64,000 nucleotides of DNA from an uncultured delta proteobacterium (GCA_963752595.1 CAVVYZ010000017.1:224001-288000); one strand, 5' to 3'. Counted from the stretch's first letter, positions 13,924-25,879 are shown. A program made the numbers and translations. The notes: generated by a model from the sequence alone, not told the origin.

Positions 13924-15752
13924 ATGGCAAGTCAATGGGTAGACGTGCGGGATCTTCAGTTCTTACTGCACGAAGTCTTCAAGATCGGCGATGAGATCCT
14001 TGGTAAGGGCAAATTCGCAGGACCACGATGCCGACATGGTGAACATGGTTCTGGAGCAGGCAGCAAAATTCACAGAGAACGAAATCGCACCCACGTATCC
14101 TGATGAAGTCCAGAGAAAGCCTGTCGAGGCAGTCTTCAAGGACGGCAAGGTATATCGCACCCGAGTCATACCACAAGCTCTGGAAGCTGTATGCAGAAGG
14201 CGGCTGGTTCGGTGTTTCCGATAGTCCGGAAGTGGGCGGCCAGGGTTTCCCTGCCACCATCGCTGCTGCATGCGCGCAGATGTTCCTCGCCGGCAACCAG
14301 GCATTCCTCATGTACCCCGGTCTTACCCACGGCGCAGCCAGACTCATTGAAGACTTTTTCCAGCATCCCTCTGAGGGATATCATCCTTGAGAACATGTTC
14401 AATGGAACATGGGCAGGCACCATGTGTCTGACCGAGCCGGGCGCCGGTTCCGACGTGGGCGCTCTGAAGTCAACGGCAAAGAAGAACGCCGACGGCTCCT
14501 ATTCCATCACCGGTACCAAGTGCTTCATCTCTGCAGGCGACCATGACCTTGCCGAAAACATCATTCACCCGGTACTTGCCAGGATCGAAGGCGACCCGGC
14601 CGGAACAAAGGGCATCTCCATTTTCGTGGTCCCCAAGGTCATGATCAACCCGGACGGCACCATCTGCGGCGAGCCCAATGATATGAACTGCGGCGGCATC
14701 GAGAGCAAGATGGGTATCCACGGCAACGCAACCTGTACGCTCAATTTCGGCGAGAACGGCAAGTGCATCGGCTGGCTCATGGGCGAAGAGCGCCAAGGCA
14801 TGCAGATCATGTTCCACATGATGAACGAAGAGCGCCAGGGCGTGGGCATGATGGGTGTCGCCCTGTCCACCGCCGCTTATCTCCATGCACTGTCCTATGC
14901 AAAGGAAAGGCTCCAGGGCGCCAACATCATGCAGATGAAAAACCCCGATGCCAAGCAGTGCACCGATCATCCAGCATCCGGACGTCCGCAGGATGCTGCT
15001 CAAGATGAAGTCCATGACCGAAGGCATCAGGGCCTTGGCATTCTACTGCTACTTTGCCATGGACAAAAGGCGGCGGCAACCGACGAAGCCGAGAAGGACA
15101 AGTGGCAGGGCATGATCGAGATGTTCACCCCGATCGTGAAATCCTACTGCACCGACATGGGCGACGTGGTCACCAAGCTGGCCGTCCAGACCTACGGCGG
15201 CTACGGCTTCTGCCGAGAGTACCCGGTTGAGCAGATGGCCCGCGACAACAAGATCAACACGATCTATGAAGGCACCAACGGCATCCAGGCACTGGACCTC
15301 CTGGGCAGCAAGCTCGGCATGAAGAAGGGCATGTACTTCATGACACTGCTCGGCGAAACCCAGGCAGAGATCGCTAAGGCAAAGAACAGCGACAACTTCA
15401 AGGAAGAGGCCGTCATCGTGGAGAAGGCACTGAACAAGTGCGCAGAGGCTGCAATGACCTTCAGCGCACTCATCAGGACCAACCCCTTCATCCCGCTCAT
15501 CGCCGCATACGATTACCTCAACTGCCTGTCCGAGGCACTGGTCGGCTGGTTCCATATCTGGATGGCCAATGTTGCCACCGAGGCACTCAAGACCGCTACC
15601 CTCGATCAGGAAAAGGCATTTTACACCGGCAAGATCGAAGGCGCCAAATTCTATATCAACCGCACCACGGCCCTCGTTCCTGCAAAGTGCGAAGTTCTCG
15701 TGAAAGACGAGATCAGCGCATGAGGATTCCCGAAGAGGCATTCGCAGTCTAA
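13924..15752 (+). CDS. Acyl-CoA dehydrogenase (frameshifted)
   Basis: GTMCLTEPGAGSDVG, GTKCFIS, KMGIHGNAT, QTYGGYG, IYEGTNGIQALDL. Confidence 0.92.
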
Positions 15753-15777
15753 GGAAAGTTTTTTTAGAAAATAACGA

Positions 15778-15808
15778 AAGGGGAGGCTTTAATGGCCTCC
15801 CCTTTTTT
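15778..15808 (+). terminator. Intrinsic terminator
   Basis: AAGGGGAGGC-TTTAATG-GCCTCCCCTT followed by a T-run. Confidence 0.8.
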
Positions 15809-16069
15809 ATGGTAAGTATTCAGATTAATCGACCGGCCGCAGAGAGATCCTCTCATTGTTCGTTTCAATATAATCATTCCATAAAAAGCCGACGGACAAA
15901 GGGCTTGGGTTTTTATAAATGATCTTTTCACAGGGAAATCGCGACCTCTTGTATAAACAACACTTATCGTTGAAACTATAAAGATTCATCCATGAAAAAC
16001 CGAAAGATGTGTTCATTCAGCATGATGCATTAATAAGATTGTATTAATGCGAAATTAAAGGGGACACCG

Positions 16070-17707
16070 ATGAAAGAAAATACAAAGATTCTCTTTTTAA
16101 GGCCGCTATTGTTCCAGGAAATGATCCCTATTGTTGTCCTTGTGCCTATCCTGGTTTTCTTTTTCAGGTATATATCAGAGTCGGTGATCGAGAACTTTGT
16201 GCCTGTGGTCATAGGGGCATCGACTGCTGCAAACCTAGGACTTCTCCTGGGCTGCTTGACAAAATACTATTTTGTCCATCCAGCCATTGCGGTATTGGAG
16301 AAAGATTCCTGTACGCCAGAAGAAATGCAGCATGCAGTCCGTTCGGCTGCATACCTTCCCCTGGCTGAATCGATTGTCGTGTTTCTGAGATTCGCCCTTT
16401 TCGGGAATCTCATTGCAGCAACACCTATGTACCTCAAGGGGTTTATAAAATATCCGGAATTTTTGTTTGCATTGAACTCGGTTACCATGATAGGCCTGCT
16501 GGCTATCCCGATTTTTTATCTGGCCTCCGAGAACAGCCTCACCCATTTTTATATGAAAAGCAATTTCAAAGGGATTCTGGGTTCAAAAAAAGGTTTCTTC
16601 CGTATGAGCTTGAGCCAGAAGACCCTGTGGACAATACTCTTGATAGCAGTCCCACCGCTCGGCCTTCTTATCGGGCTTATTTACCTGTCTATGGCAACAG
16701 GGCTCAATCTGGCATCCCTCCAACTGGGCTTTTTCGTCATTCTCTTCGAGACGATACTGCTCGCTGTCATCTGCGGATTTCTTCTCATGAAAAGTTTTTC
16801 TCTTTCGGTCGGCAAGATGTCTTTCATGTTCAAGGATATGGCAAAGGGCCAGGGAGATCTCACCAAGAGGCTGCATGTAACCGCGCTGAATGAAGTCGGC
16901 GAGCTTGCTTTCTGGTTCAATGAGTTCATGGATGATATCGAGCAGATTGTCGGGCATGTGAGGGAGACATCGCTTCAGCTCCATCAGACTGTCGAGGATG
17001 TAAGCGCAGGCTCCCAGGGGCTTTCGCAGGCAACTCAGGAGCAGGCATCTTCGGTAGAAGAAATATCTGCTTCCATCGAGGAGATGAATGCCACGGTACA
17101 GCATAATGCCGAACTCATTACCGAGGGGCAGGAAACATCGAATGTGATTACCAAGCTGATCGACCATAGCAAGCAGATCTTTGCCGAACTCATGAAGGCC
17201 ATTGAAGATATTTCACTGGACTCAAGAAAGATCGGAGATATCGTATCCACGGTGAATGAGGTTGCCTTCCATACGAACCTGCTGGCATTGAACGCCTCCG
17301 TGGAGGCTGCCCGGGCAGGAGAGCACGGAAAGGGATTCGCTGTAGTGGCAGGAGAAGTCAGGTCTCTGGCTCAACGCTCTGCAGGTGCTGCCCGGGAAAT
17401 CAAAACTCTGATTGAAGGTACGGTCGGCCGGATAAAGAATGGCGATGAGATGATGAAGAAAACTTCCTCATCCCTTGAAGAGCTGATGTCCCGCATGGAG
17501 TTCTTCTTCAAGATGATGGAGACTATCAGCACCTCCAGCATGGAGCAGAAGCAGAACATAAGCGAGCTCAACAGGGCTATCGGCCAGATAGACGGATCGA
17601 CCCAGCATAACGCATCCACTGTGGAGGAACTGGCCAGCACCCTTGACAACCTTCGTATGGCGGCAACCGTGCTTGCAGAAGATGTTCAGAAATTCAAGAC
17701 ATCGTAG
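16070..17707 (+). CDS. Methyl-accepting chemotaxis protein with multi-TM N-terminus and HAMP domain
   Basis: About 6 hydrophobic segments, GDLTKRL..NEVGELA HAMP, QEQASSVEE, TNLLALNASVEAARAGEHGKGFAVVAGEVR. Confidence 0.93.
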   Translation: MKENTKILFLRPLLFQEMIPIVVLVPILVFFFRYISESVIENFVPVVIGASTAANLGLLLGCLTKYYFVHPAIAVLEKDSCTPEEMQHAVRSAAYLPLAESIVVFLRFALFGNLIAATPMYLKGFIKYPEFLFALNSVTMIGLLAIPIFYLASENSLTHFYMKSNFKGILGSKKGFFRMSLSQKTLWTILLIAVPPLGLLIGLIYLSMATGLNLASLQLGFFVILFETILLAVICGFLLMKSFSLSVGKMSFMFKDMAKGQGDLTKRLHVTALNEVGELAFWFNEFMDDIEQIVGHVRETSLQLHQTVEDVSAGSQGLSQATQEQASSVEEISASIEEMNATVQHNAELITEGQETSNVITKLIDHSKQIFAELMKAIEDISLDSRKIGDIVSTVNEVAFHTNLLALNASVEAARAGEHGKGFAVVAGEVRSLAQRSAGAAREIKTLIEGTVGRIKNGDEMMKKTSSSLEELMSRMEFFFKMMETISTSSMEQKQNISELNRAIGQIDGSTQHNASTVEELASTLDNLRMAATVLAEDVQKFKTS

Positions 17708-17713
17708 GAGTTA

Positions 17714-18583
17714 CGGTGTGTGCAAACTTAATACTAAGCCACAGCATCAAAATAGGAATGAACAGAAGGCATGAACTCACAGAGAAGCAATGGGAAAAGC
17801 TCAAAGGATATCTCCCGGCCCGGAAACCAGAAACAGGACGGCCCGCGGAAGACCATCGTAAGATCATCAATGGGATCCTCTGGAAGGTGAAAACCGGGGC
17901 TCCCTGGCGGGACATCCCGGAGAGATACGGGTCATGGTCGACCATACACAGTCGTTTTCGCAGGTGGAGAGATGCCGGGGTATGGGACCGGATACTCTCT
18001 GAGCTGCAGATCGACTCGGATTCGGAAGGACATGTGGATTGGGAGGTCCATTTCATTGATACCACGGTTGTAAGAGCACACCAGAATGCAGCGGGTGCAA
18101 AAAAAGGGGGCAGAGAGAAGAGGCTCTTGGCCGTAGTCGAGGTGGGTTCTCGACCAAGGTCCACCTCCGGGCGGAAGGGGAAGGCAAACCGATAACGGTT
18201 GCCCTTACTCCCGGCGAAGCTCATGACACCACAGCTTTCCTTGACCTTATGGAACATGGGTCGATCAATCGGCTCCATGGAGGGAGACCAAGAAATCGCC
18301 CCGAACGCATCGTCGGAGACAAGGGATATAGCGCCCAGTGGATCAGAGAGTATCTTACGAAACATGGCATCCATGTAACGATCCCGAGGAAGAGCAATAA
18401 TAAACGGGGTGGTCCATTCGACCGTGCAGCCTATCGGATGAGAAACCGGATCGAACGGCTCATCAACAGGCTCAAACAATTCCGCTCCATAGCAACAAGA
18501 TATGATAAACGAGCAGACAGTTATCGCTCCATGTGGGTCATCGGTGCTATATTCCTCTGGTTATGAGCTTTGCAAACACACCC
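17714..18583 (+). mobile_element. IS5-family insertion sequence (IS427-like, two ORFs)
   Basis: Imperfect terminal IRs CGGTGTGTGCAAAC / TTTGCAAACACACCC flanked by TA on both sides (17712-13, 18584-85); encloses a transposase. Confidence 0.85.
17758..18566 (+). CDS. IS5-family transposase, orfA/orfB joined by -1 frameshift
   Basis: orfA TGAPWRDIPERYG..IDTTVVRAHQ; A7G5 run at 18099-18110; -1 frame GRSRGGFSTKVH..GDKGY..RNRIER..RSIATRYDK. Confidence 0.88.
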
Positions 18584-18710
18584 TAGTCTGCGAAAAGAAG
18601 CGTATTCCAGTTCAAAATATATATGGCCCCTCGTCCTGGTGACAAGATGCCATATCTTTTATAATGCCAAAAATGAGCAGGAAAACCCGTCCGTTATAGC
18701 TTCGGCCATG

Positions 18711-20150
18711 TTAACCGCGATGCAGCTCGTTCCGGGCGGAATTGCGGGTTTCATGTTTGGCCGGAGCCGGCTCTTCACTGGTCGTCTCTTTCGTTGCCGG
18801 CAGCTGATTTGATTCGGCGGGGGGGGCAACCCTCAGTTCCCTGTTTACCGACTGCGATTGTTTCGTCTCCTTGGTACTTGACCTGGCCTTTGCCTCCTGG
18901 GATGGGGCATCGGATTTCTGCTTCAGGAGATTTTCCATTGCTGTGTAGGCATCGCCGTATTTGTTCCCCGGGCTCCACAACAGCCAACCGGTCCCTCCGG
19001 CATCCTTGGCTGCATCAATCTGTGTCCTGATATATTTTTCGTCAAAGCCCGTTGTAATCCGTAAGGGAAATGACTGGAGCCAGGGGCGGATGATCACATC
19101 ATCACCTACAAGGTCTTTCATTCTCTTCACCCCGTTGAAAATAAACCTGTAGGGGTCATCGGCAGGGTTCTTGACCCCGCCGAACCCGGCATTGAAATGT
19201 GATGGATAAAGCATAGGGGATATGATGTCCACATGCTGTTTGATCTTGGAAACATCCTGGCCGACTACGAGCACGTCAACATCTCTCTGCCAGATAACGA
19301 TCCCGAACATATCCACGGATAGCAGTACGCCTTTCGATGCGGTAACATCGTGTGCCTTTTTCAAGAAACCTGCGATGACATCCGTTCGCGAGAGACCTTC
19401 GATGCCCGATCCGGTCTTGCGGTCTGCGAAATAACGGACGTAATCAAGCTGGATTTCATCCAGGCCGCTATCGGTGAGCTCCCTGATCACGGTCAGCATA
19501 TATTCTTGTACTTCCGGATTTCCCGGATTCAGCCAATGCTTCTCTCTGTTGATGCACCACTCAGGCCTGGTCTTCGCCATGATCGGATCTCTGAACGCCA
19601 CCACACGAGCGACCACATGAATGCCCAAGCGGTGCAGGTAATCGACCAGCTTCGGAAGCTCTTCGATATTCGGCGTGTAATTCTCATTGGGTGAGTACTT
19701 ATCCGGGATGGAGCTCGGGAAGGTAATGGCGCCCATATCGTCTTTGGCATCGAAAACGATAGTGTTGCCCCCATACTTCTTGAGTTTTGTTGCCGAATCG
19801 AAGACGAATCGTGTACCGGAGTTGGCGGTGTTCATGTAGAGGCCCTTGGCCACGTAATCTTTCGTTTTTGAAATGGTCTTGGGCTTGAGCGGTTCCTTCC
19901 ACGCCACCGGTATGTTCAGGTTTTGGCCGGGCGAAAGGGATCCGGTGACACTGTTGATCGCTCGAATACTGTTGATGAGCTCCCTCTTTGTATACGCTGC
20001 CGTATAGGGCATGTACTTCGCGGCAATTCTCGCGAGCGTATCGCCTTTTTGAACCGTGTAGACCGTCCCTTCCTGGGTGGTTGTTGTCGCACCCATGAAG
20101 AAGAAAGAACACATGCACAGGATACATATTGCGACGAACTGTCTCTTCAT
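18711..20150 (-). CDS. Secreted LysM-domain putative glycoside hydrolase (DUF4015-like TIM barrel)
   Basis: Signal peptide, YTVQKGDTL LysM, FDAKDD.G, ARVVAFRD, DEIQLDYVRY, SPMLYPSH, RPWLQSF. Confidence 0.78.
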   Translation of the reverse strand: MKRQFVAICILCMCSFFFMGATTTTQEGTVYTVQKGDTLARIAAKYMPYTAAYTKRELINSIRAINSVTGSLSPGQNLNIPVAWKEPLKPKTISKTKDYVAKGLYMNTANSGTRFVFDSATKLKKYGGNTIVFDAKDDMGAITFPSSIPDKYSPNENYTPNIEELPKLVDYLHRLGIHVVARVVAFRDPIMAKTRPEWCINREKHWLNPGNPEVQEYMLTVIRELTDSGLDEIQLDYVRYFADRKTGSGIEGLSRTDVIAGFLKKAHDVTASKGVLLSVDMFGIVIWQRDVDVLVVGQDVSKIKQHVDIISPMLYPSHFNAGFGGVKNPADDPYRFIFNGVKRMKDLVGDDVIIRPWLQSFPLRITTGFDEKYIRTQIDAAKDAGGTGWLLWSPGNKYGDAYTAMENLLKQKSDAPSQEAKARSSTKETKQSQSVNRELRVAPPAESNQLPATKETTSEEPAPAKHETRNSARNELHRG

Positions 20151-20425
20151 GCTGCCCTCATAATAGTTTTAGATTCAATCAAGCCAATACATATCCTATT
20201 TGCCAGGGCCTAACAAGATAGTTAATAAAAAATTATCATGAGCTAAACCAAGTCTACACCTTGATTGCGATGAATTATTTTGAGAAAGTTAGAAAAAAGG
20301 ACTGATATTTTTTTCAAAGGATATCATCACATGAAATTGGTTCTTCGAGACATTGAATAGGAAGTGCCCACCTGAAATAATAATCAAACATGCTGGAATC
20401 CGGCATTGGAAGCCTTACCGCGCTG

Positions 20426-20653
20426 CTACTTGACGATTAAACCGTAGGTGCCTATGTCATCTTCGGTGCCTACATAAAATTTATCGGGGTATCCATCCTC
20501 GGGGCGTGTGACAGCTACTCCATCAATGATCTCTTTTGCCTTAATCCGGTTATCAAAAGGACCTGCATAGTGATTCTTCGCATATCGGATGAGGCCTCCT
20601 GGTGTAAGACTGTATGTGGTTCTTATTACGTACCACTTGTCCACCTGGGTCAC
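20426..20653 (-). CDS. Small hypothetical protein (about 75 aa)
   Basis: RBS AAGGAGG next to GTG at 20653 within ORF 20426..20728. Confidence 0.5.
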   Translation of the reverse strand: MTQVDKWYVIRTTYSLTPGGLIRYAKNHYAGPFDNRIKAKEIIDGVAVTRPEDGYPDKFYVGTEDDIGTYGLIVK

Positions 20654-20794
20654 CCTCCTTTCTGCTGATATCCTATCATATAGAAGCCGACAAGTATTGT
20701 TCAAGCCTGAAAGGCCGGTGAAATACATACAAGTCAGGTCAGAAGAGAGGTTTATTCAATAAGGGAGGCGGTATAAGCAAAAAATGAAGGTCTC

Positions 20795-21786
20795 CTATAC
20801 CTCGCGCAGCCCGAGTTTGCCCCTGCCCAGAAGGTCATGGAGATGGACCACGCCGATGAGCTCATCGTTTTCGTCCGGAAACGATGAGTGAAGTGATCTG
20901 ATGTTTCTCCATCATCTCGAGGGCGTCCAGCGCAAGCTTGTCACTGCGATATTCTTTTTGGGTTTTTCGACTCATGATATCATGCGCCGTGAGGCCCTTC
21001 AGATTGTCGCCCCATTTGAGGAGCACCCTCCGTATATCGCCATCCGTGACCATCCCTTCGATCTGGGAAACACTCCCCACAAGGGTGAATCCGAGCGATT
21101 TTTTCGTCATCTCAACAACAACCTCCGGCAGCGGTTTCGTAGGCTCTACCAGAGGGATGCGATTCCCTGTGATCATGATCTGGGATATCCTGGACATCAG
21201 CTGCTTGCCGAGTTCGCCTGCAGGGTGGATAATCTTGAAGGCATCCCGGTCAAACCCTTTGATATGGGAAAGTACCACTGCCAGGGCATCGCCCAGGGCG
21301 AGCTGCGCAGTGGTGGATGCCGTGGGGGCCAGATTCAGGTTGCACGCCTCGCGTTCAACCGAGCAGCGTAAGCACGATGTCCGACTGCCTGGCGAGCGGT
21401 GAATTCGGATTGCCGGTAATGGCGATGATGGGAATGCCGAGGTTCTTAAGCGGCGGGAGGAGGTTCAGAATCTCTCCGGTGTTTCCGCTGTTGGAAAGCA
21501 CGATGACTGCATCGGCAGGCATGATGGTCCCGAGGTCGCCATGGAGGCCGTCCACCGGGTGCATGAAAACCGCAGGGGTGCCGATGCTGACCATGGTAGA
21601 TGCGATCTTCCGGGCAATGATGCCCGACTTCCCGATGCCGGTGAGGATTACCTTCCCCTTGAGACCGGCAATGATCGTCACCGCTCCGGCAAAAGACTCG
21701 CCCATCTGCCCGATGACTCCCTCGAGGCCTTCGATCTCAGTCCGAACGGCTTCCCTTCCCAGCTCAATAATTTCATTCGTATTCAT
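20795..21786 (-). CDS. kdsD: KpsF/GutQ arabinose-5-phosphate isomerase (frameshifted)
   Basis: TGIGKSG, HGDLG, SNSG.T.E, HPAGELG, C-terminal CBS pair (TDGDIRR, HLHDLL). Confidence 0.88.
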
Positions 21787-23073
21787 ACGATTCTCCCCAC
21801 CAGATCGTACTCCATTGTGTCGGTTATCTCAACCTGTGAAAATGTCCCGAACGGGGCTTGACCCTCATTGATGATGACCACGCCGTCGACTTCGGGTGCC
21901 TGGAACTCCGATCTGCCTTTGAGGAGGAGGTCGGTTTCGGGATGAAAGCCTTCCACGAGCACGCGCAGCTTTTTCCCTACCAGTGATTTAAGTCTTCTGC
22001 GGGAAACATCCTGCTGGAGCGCCATGATCCTTTCCCTTCGTACATCTTTTACCTCCTGGGGAAGCTCATCGGGCATCATGGCACTCTTAGTCCCCTCTTC
22101 CGATGAATAGGTAAATACCCCCAGATGGTCGATGTACCCCTGGCGGGTAAAGTCTTCGAGCTCGTGCAAAGGCTGATTGGTCTTCCCCGGGATGTCCCAC
22201 CATGATCGTAGACCTGATCCAGATGTCTGCAGCCTTTGATTTCAGCAGATCGAAGAGCCTTCCATACCGCATCCGATCCGCCTTTACGGCCCATGGCCTG
22301 CAGCACCTGCTGCGAGATATGCTGGATGGGCAGATCGATGTAGGGGACAACTTTCGGGTTCTCCGCTATGGTCCTGACAATTGCACCTGTCGTAGTGGCC
22401 GGGTGCATGTACATGAGCCTGATCCATTCGATGTCGTCGAGGCGCGAGATTTTTTCGACCAGATGGGGCAGGTGGAGAGAATCTTTCCTGTCCGACCCAT
22501 ACGAGCCCAGGTCCTGCGCCACGAGGATGATCTCCCTGACCCCGCGGTCTGCCAGGTCTTTGCATTCGTCAATGACCTCCTGATGAGGCTTGCTGACGAG
22601 CTCCCCCCTGATGTCGGGGATGAGGCAGTAGCTGCAATGGTTCGAACAGCCTTCGCTCACCTTGACATAGGCATGTGGTCCCGTGGAGGTGTACGATCTT
22701 CTGACGACCCCTGAGAAGCACCGCCGAGATATACTTCGCGCCGGATTTCAGTGCATGCGGCAGGCCGCCGTAGGTGCCCGGGGCTGCAAAGAGTTTTACC
22801 TCCGGCAGCTCTGCCAGGAGCTCTTCTCCATACCTGCTCACGATGCACCCCGTGCAGATGACGTTCTTTCCCTCATCGATGAATTCGAGCATGGTCTGAA
22901 TGGATTCCTCCACCGCAGACGTGAGAAAGGCACAGGTATTCACCACTACGATTTCAGCATGTTCAGGGTCGGATACAAGGGTATATCCGCACTCCCATGA
23001 GCTGTTCGCAGATATATTCCGAGTCAACGAGATTCTTCGGGCAACCGAGACTTATCATGGCGATGCGTTTCAT
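21783..23073 (-). CDS. rimO: Ribosomal protein S12 methylthiotransferase (frameshifted)
   Basis: SLGCPKNLVDS, NTCAF, EGCSNHCSYCLIP, YIDLPIQH, APEVDG, C-terminal YDLVG (TRAM). Confidence 0.92.
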
Positions 23074-23083
23074 GGAGGAGGTG

Positions 23084-24316
23084 TTACTCGAAAGCGGTGA
23101 ATTTTGGAACAACTACGATCCCTCCGGGAGAGATGTCGTATCGCTTCCGGTCTTCTTCGATATTATAGCCGATGGTCGTATTGGGGGGAATCTTCACGTA
23201 CTTGTCGATGATGGTGTCTTTGATCCTGCAGTTTCTCCCCATGGAAACCCCTTCCAGGAGAACCGAATCCTGCACCTCGGCATAGCTGTTTACCCTTACA
23301 TTGGGAGAGATGATGGTGCGGGATACCCTGCCTCCGGAAATGATGGCGCCGTTACAGATAATGGAGTCCAGTACGGTCCCGATGCGCTTGCCGTCCTCTC
23401 CGCCGGCAAAAACCATCTTTGCCGGTGGGAAGGGACTGTACACGGTGTGGATCGGCCATTTGGGATCGTAGAGGTTGCACTGAGGCGTGACCGATACGAG
23501 ATCCATGTGGGCCTCGTAGTAGGCATCCAGGGTCCCGATGTCTCGCCAGTAGGAGTTGCCCATCACGCCCAGTGAAATAATAGGCGAGCACTTTGCTGTG
23601 GTGCCCACCATCTTGGGATGATGTCCTTCCCGAAGTCATGGTTGCTGTCCTTGCGTTTTGCGTCATCAATGAGGTTGCGTATGAGAGGCTTCGGTTTTGA
23701 ATATATAGATGCCCATCGAAACCAGGACCTTCGTCGGGTCGTCCGGCATGGTGGACGGGTTTTCCTTGGGCTTTTCCTGGAACCCCACTACAGACATATT
23801 CTGGTCCGCAATGACGATTCCGAACTCGGACGCCGTCTCCACGGGCATGGGCACCACGCCGATAGTGATGTCGGCATCGTTATCGATATGGTATTTCAGC
23901 ATTTCTGCATAGTTCATCTGGTAAATATGGTCGCCCGAGAGGATAAGCGTATATTTCGGCCGGTCCTGCTGGAGGGTATAGATATTCTGGAAGACCGCAT
24001 CTGCGGTTCCTTCGTACCAGCTGCTCCCGATGCGCTGCTGGGCCGGGATATTATAGATGAACTCACCCAGAGGATACGAAAAGAACGAGAGCCAGCCCCG
24101 CTGGATATGCCTGTCCAGGGAATGGGATTTATACTGGGAAAGCACGTAGATATGGCTCAGGCCTGAATTGACGCAATTGGAAAGGGTAAAGTCGATGATG
24201 CGGTACATCCCTCCAAAAGGCACAGCAGGTTTTGCGCGGTCCTTTGTCAGGGGGTACAGTCGTTCGCCTTTCCCTCCGGCTAAGATAATAACATCAACAT
24301 CTTTCATTCTAGGCAT
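23084..24316 (-). CDS. glgC: Glucose-1-phosphate adenylyltransferase (frameshifted near 23600-23690)
   Basis: LAGGKGERLYPLTKDRAKPAVPFGGMYRIIDF, GTADAV, GDHIY, FQEKP, YWRDIGT, C-terminal beta-helix. Confidence 0.95.
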
Positions 24317-24678
24317 TATTCACCGATGAGTTCTTTAATCATTTCTTTGAGTTTAGTCAAGTCATGAGATTTTTCAATGTACGCATCAGCCGCCATTACC
24401 ATAACATCATCACGATAGCTGGCGTATGCTGTGTGGATGATAACCGGTGTGTTCTGCCTCGACTTGATGATATTCCCCATGGTTTCAAATCCATTCATCT
24501 TTGGCATGCGGAGATCAAGGATGATGAGGTCCGGCTTGTTACCGTTTTTCCCTTCCAGGTAAGAGAGGGCTTCTTTTCCGTTAGAAGCTATATCGATCTC
24601 ATATCCGTCTTCGTGGAGTTCTTCCTCAAGGAGTCTTTGGATATTTTTATCGTCTTCTACCAGAAGAATCCTTTTCAT
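24316..24678 (-). CDS. Single-domain response regulator
   Basis: LLVEDD, DLIILDLRMPKMNG, IIHTAY, AYIEK; TAATG overlap with glgC. Confidence 0.92.
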   Translation of the reverse strand: MKRILLVEDDKNIQRLLEEELHEDGYEIDIASNGKEALSYLEGKNGNKPDLIILDLRMPKMNGFETMGNIIKSRQNTPVIIHTAYASYRDDVMVMAADAYIEKSHDLTKLKEMIKELIGE

Positions 24679-24882
24679 AGTGAGTTATAATAACGGCTTA
24701 TCCGAGATAAGTCAAATCTTTATCCCCAGATTTTATTGAAAAAAAAGGCAGGTGAATCAGTACATGTGAACGTATATTTTCAGGCTCTGTCTTTTGGAAA
24801 ATTTTCTTAAAAATGGAGAGCCGATTTCTTTCAGTGAGGGATAGCCGAATTTCCCTCATGGCCCATCAAAGCGTTCAGAGCT

Positions 24883-25275
24883 TCAACCCTTAAGCGGTTT
24901 CGTGGCAAGGGATATACGTTCGTGGCCTGACGAGCTCAGGATATCGAGCATGGAAATGACCCTGAAATAGGGGATGTCCTTGGAGGCAAGGATGATGATA
25001 TCCTTGTCCACGGCCAACGCCCTGAGAGCCTTTTCCGTTGAGTTCCGGCCGTTGATGAGAATACCTGCCGAAGAAATAGCGACCGTTATTGCCTCCTTGG
25101 CGAGTGCCTCGCCTATGTTCGATTCAGGGAGGCTTACTTCAGTGATTTTGAGCGGAGAGCCTAAGGTGAGCAGAAAGAAGATCTGGATGAGAAACATGAC
25201 GTCCACCAGCGGTGTGACATCAAATGCCGAGCTGTTTTTGTATTTTTTCTTCTTTCTGAACCTCATGGTTTTCAC
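24883..25275 (-). CDS. exbD: ExbD/TolR family biopolymer transporter
   Basis: DVTPLVDVMFLIQIFFLL TM motif. Confidence 0.85.
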   Translation of the reverse strand: MKTMRFRKKKKYKNSSAFDVTPLVDVMFLIQIFFLLTLGSPLKITEVSLPESNIGEALAKEAITVAISSAGILINGRNSTEKALRALAVDKDIIILASKDIPYFRVISMLDILSSSGHERISLATKPLKG

Positions 25276-25879
25276 CTTTCAGGTATTCGAGGACCCTGGC
25301 CGAGGTCTTTTCCATCTCAAGGACCAGGAAATCGCTGCGTGAAACGAGCAGCCGGTAGCATACATATACGGGTATGCCGATGGAAAGTCCTGCAACAGTG
25401 GTGATGAGGGCTTCGGAGATCCCGGCTGCGAGCAGTTGGCTGGAATTGGCACCCGTTGATGTGCTTACCGCTTGAAACGACGTGAGCATGCCCGTAACCG
25501 TGCCGAGGAATCCGAGCAAAGGGGCTATAGCTGCGATGATACCCAGAACATCGATATAGCGCTCGATGGCGTTTGCTTCCGTTGCCCCGGCTTCTTCCAT
25601 GTAGTCCTTGAGGATCTCTCTGCGCATCCCTGCGTTCTTGACTGCAATCATGACCACAGGCGATATGGGAGAAGAGCTCCTCCTGATGAGCCTTTCAATA
25701 TCGGAAAGTCTCCCCAGGCGGGCAAGGCGTTCTATCTCTTCGACAAGGGTTTTCGGGATGATTTTGTTCCTGCGCAGCGCCAGAGAGCGCTCAATAATGA
25801 TGGCCAGTGCAATGATCGAGCATGCAAGAAGGGGCCACATTACGGGGCCGCCTTTGATAAAAAACTCCCAAAGCGTCAT
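25220..25879 (-). CDS. exbB: MotA/TolQ/ExbB proton channel protein
   Basis: GGPVMWPL, APLLGFLGTVTGM, GISEALITTVAGL. Confidence 0.9.
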   Translation of the reverse strand: MTLWEFFIKGGPVMWPLLACSIIALAIIIERSLALRRNKIIPKTLVEEIERLARLGRLSDIERLIRRSSSPISPVVMIAVKNAGMRREILKDYMEEAGATEANAIERYIDVLGIIAAIAPLLGFLGTVTGMLTSFQAVSTSTGANSSQLLAAGISEALITTVAGLSIGIPVYVCYRLLVSRSDFLVLEMEKTSARVLEYLKGENHEVQKEEKIQKQLGI

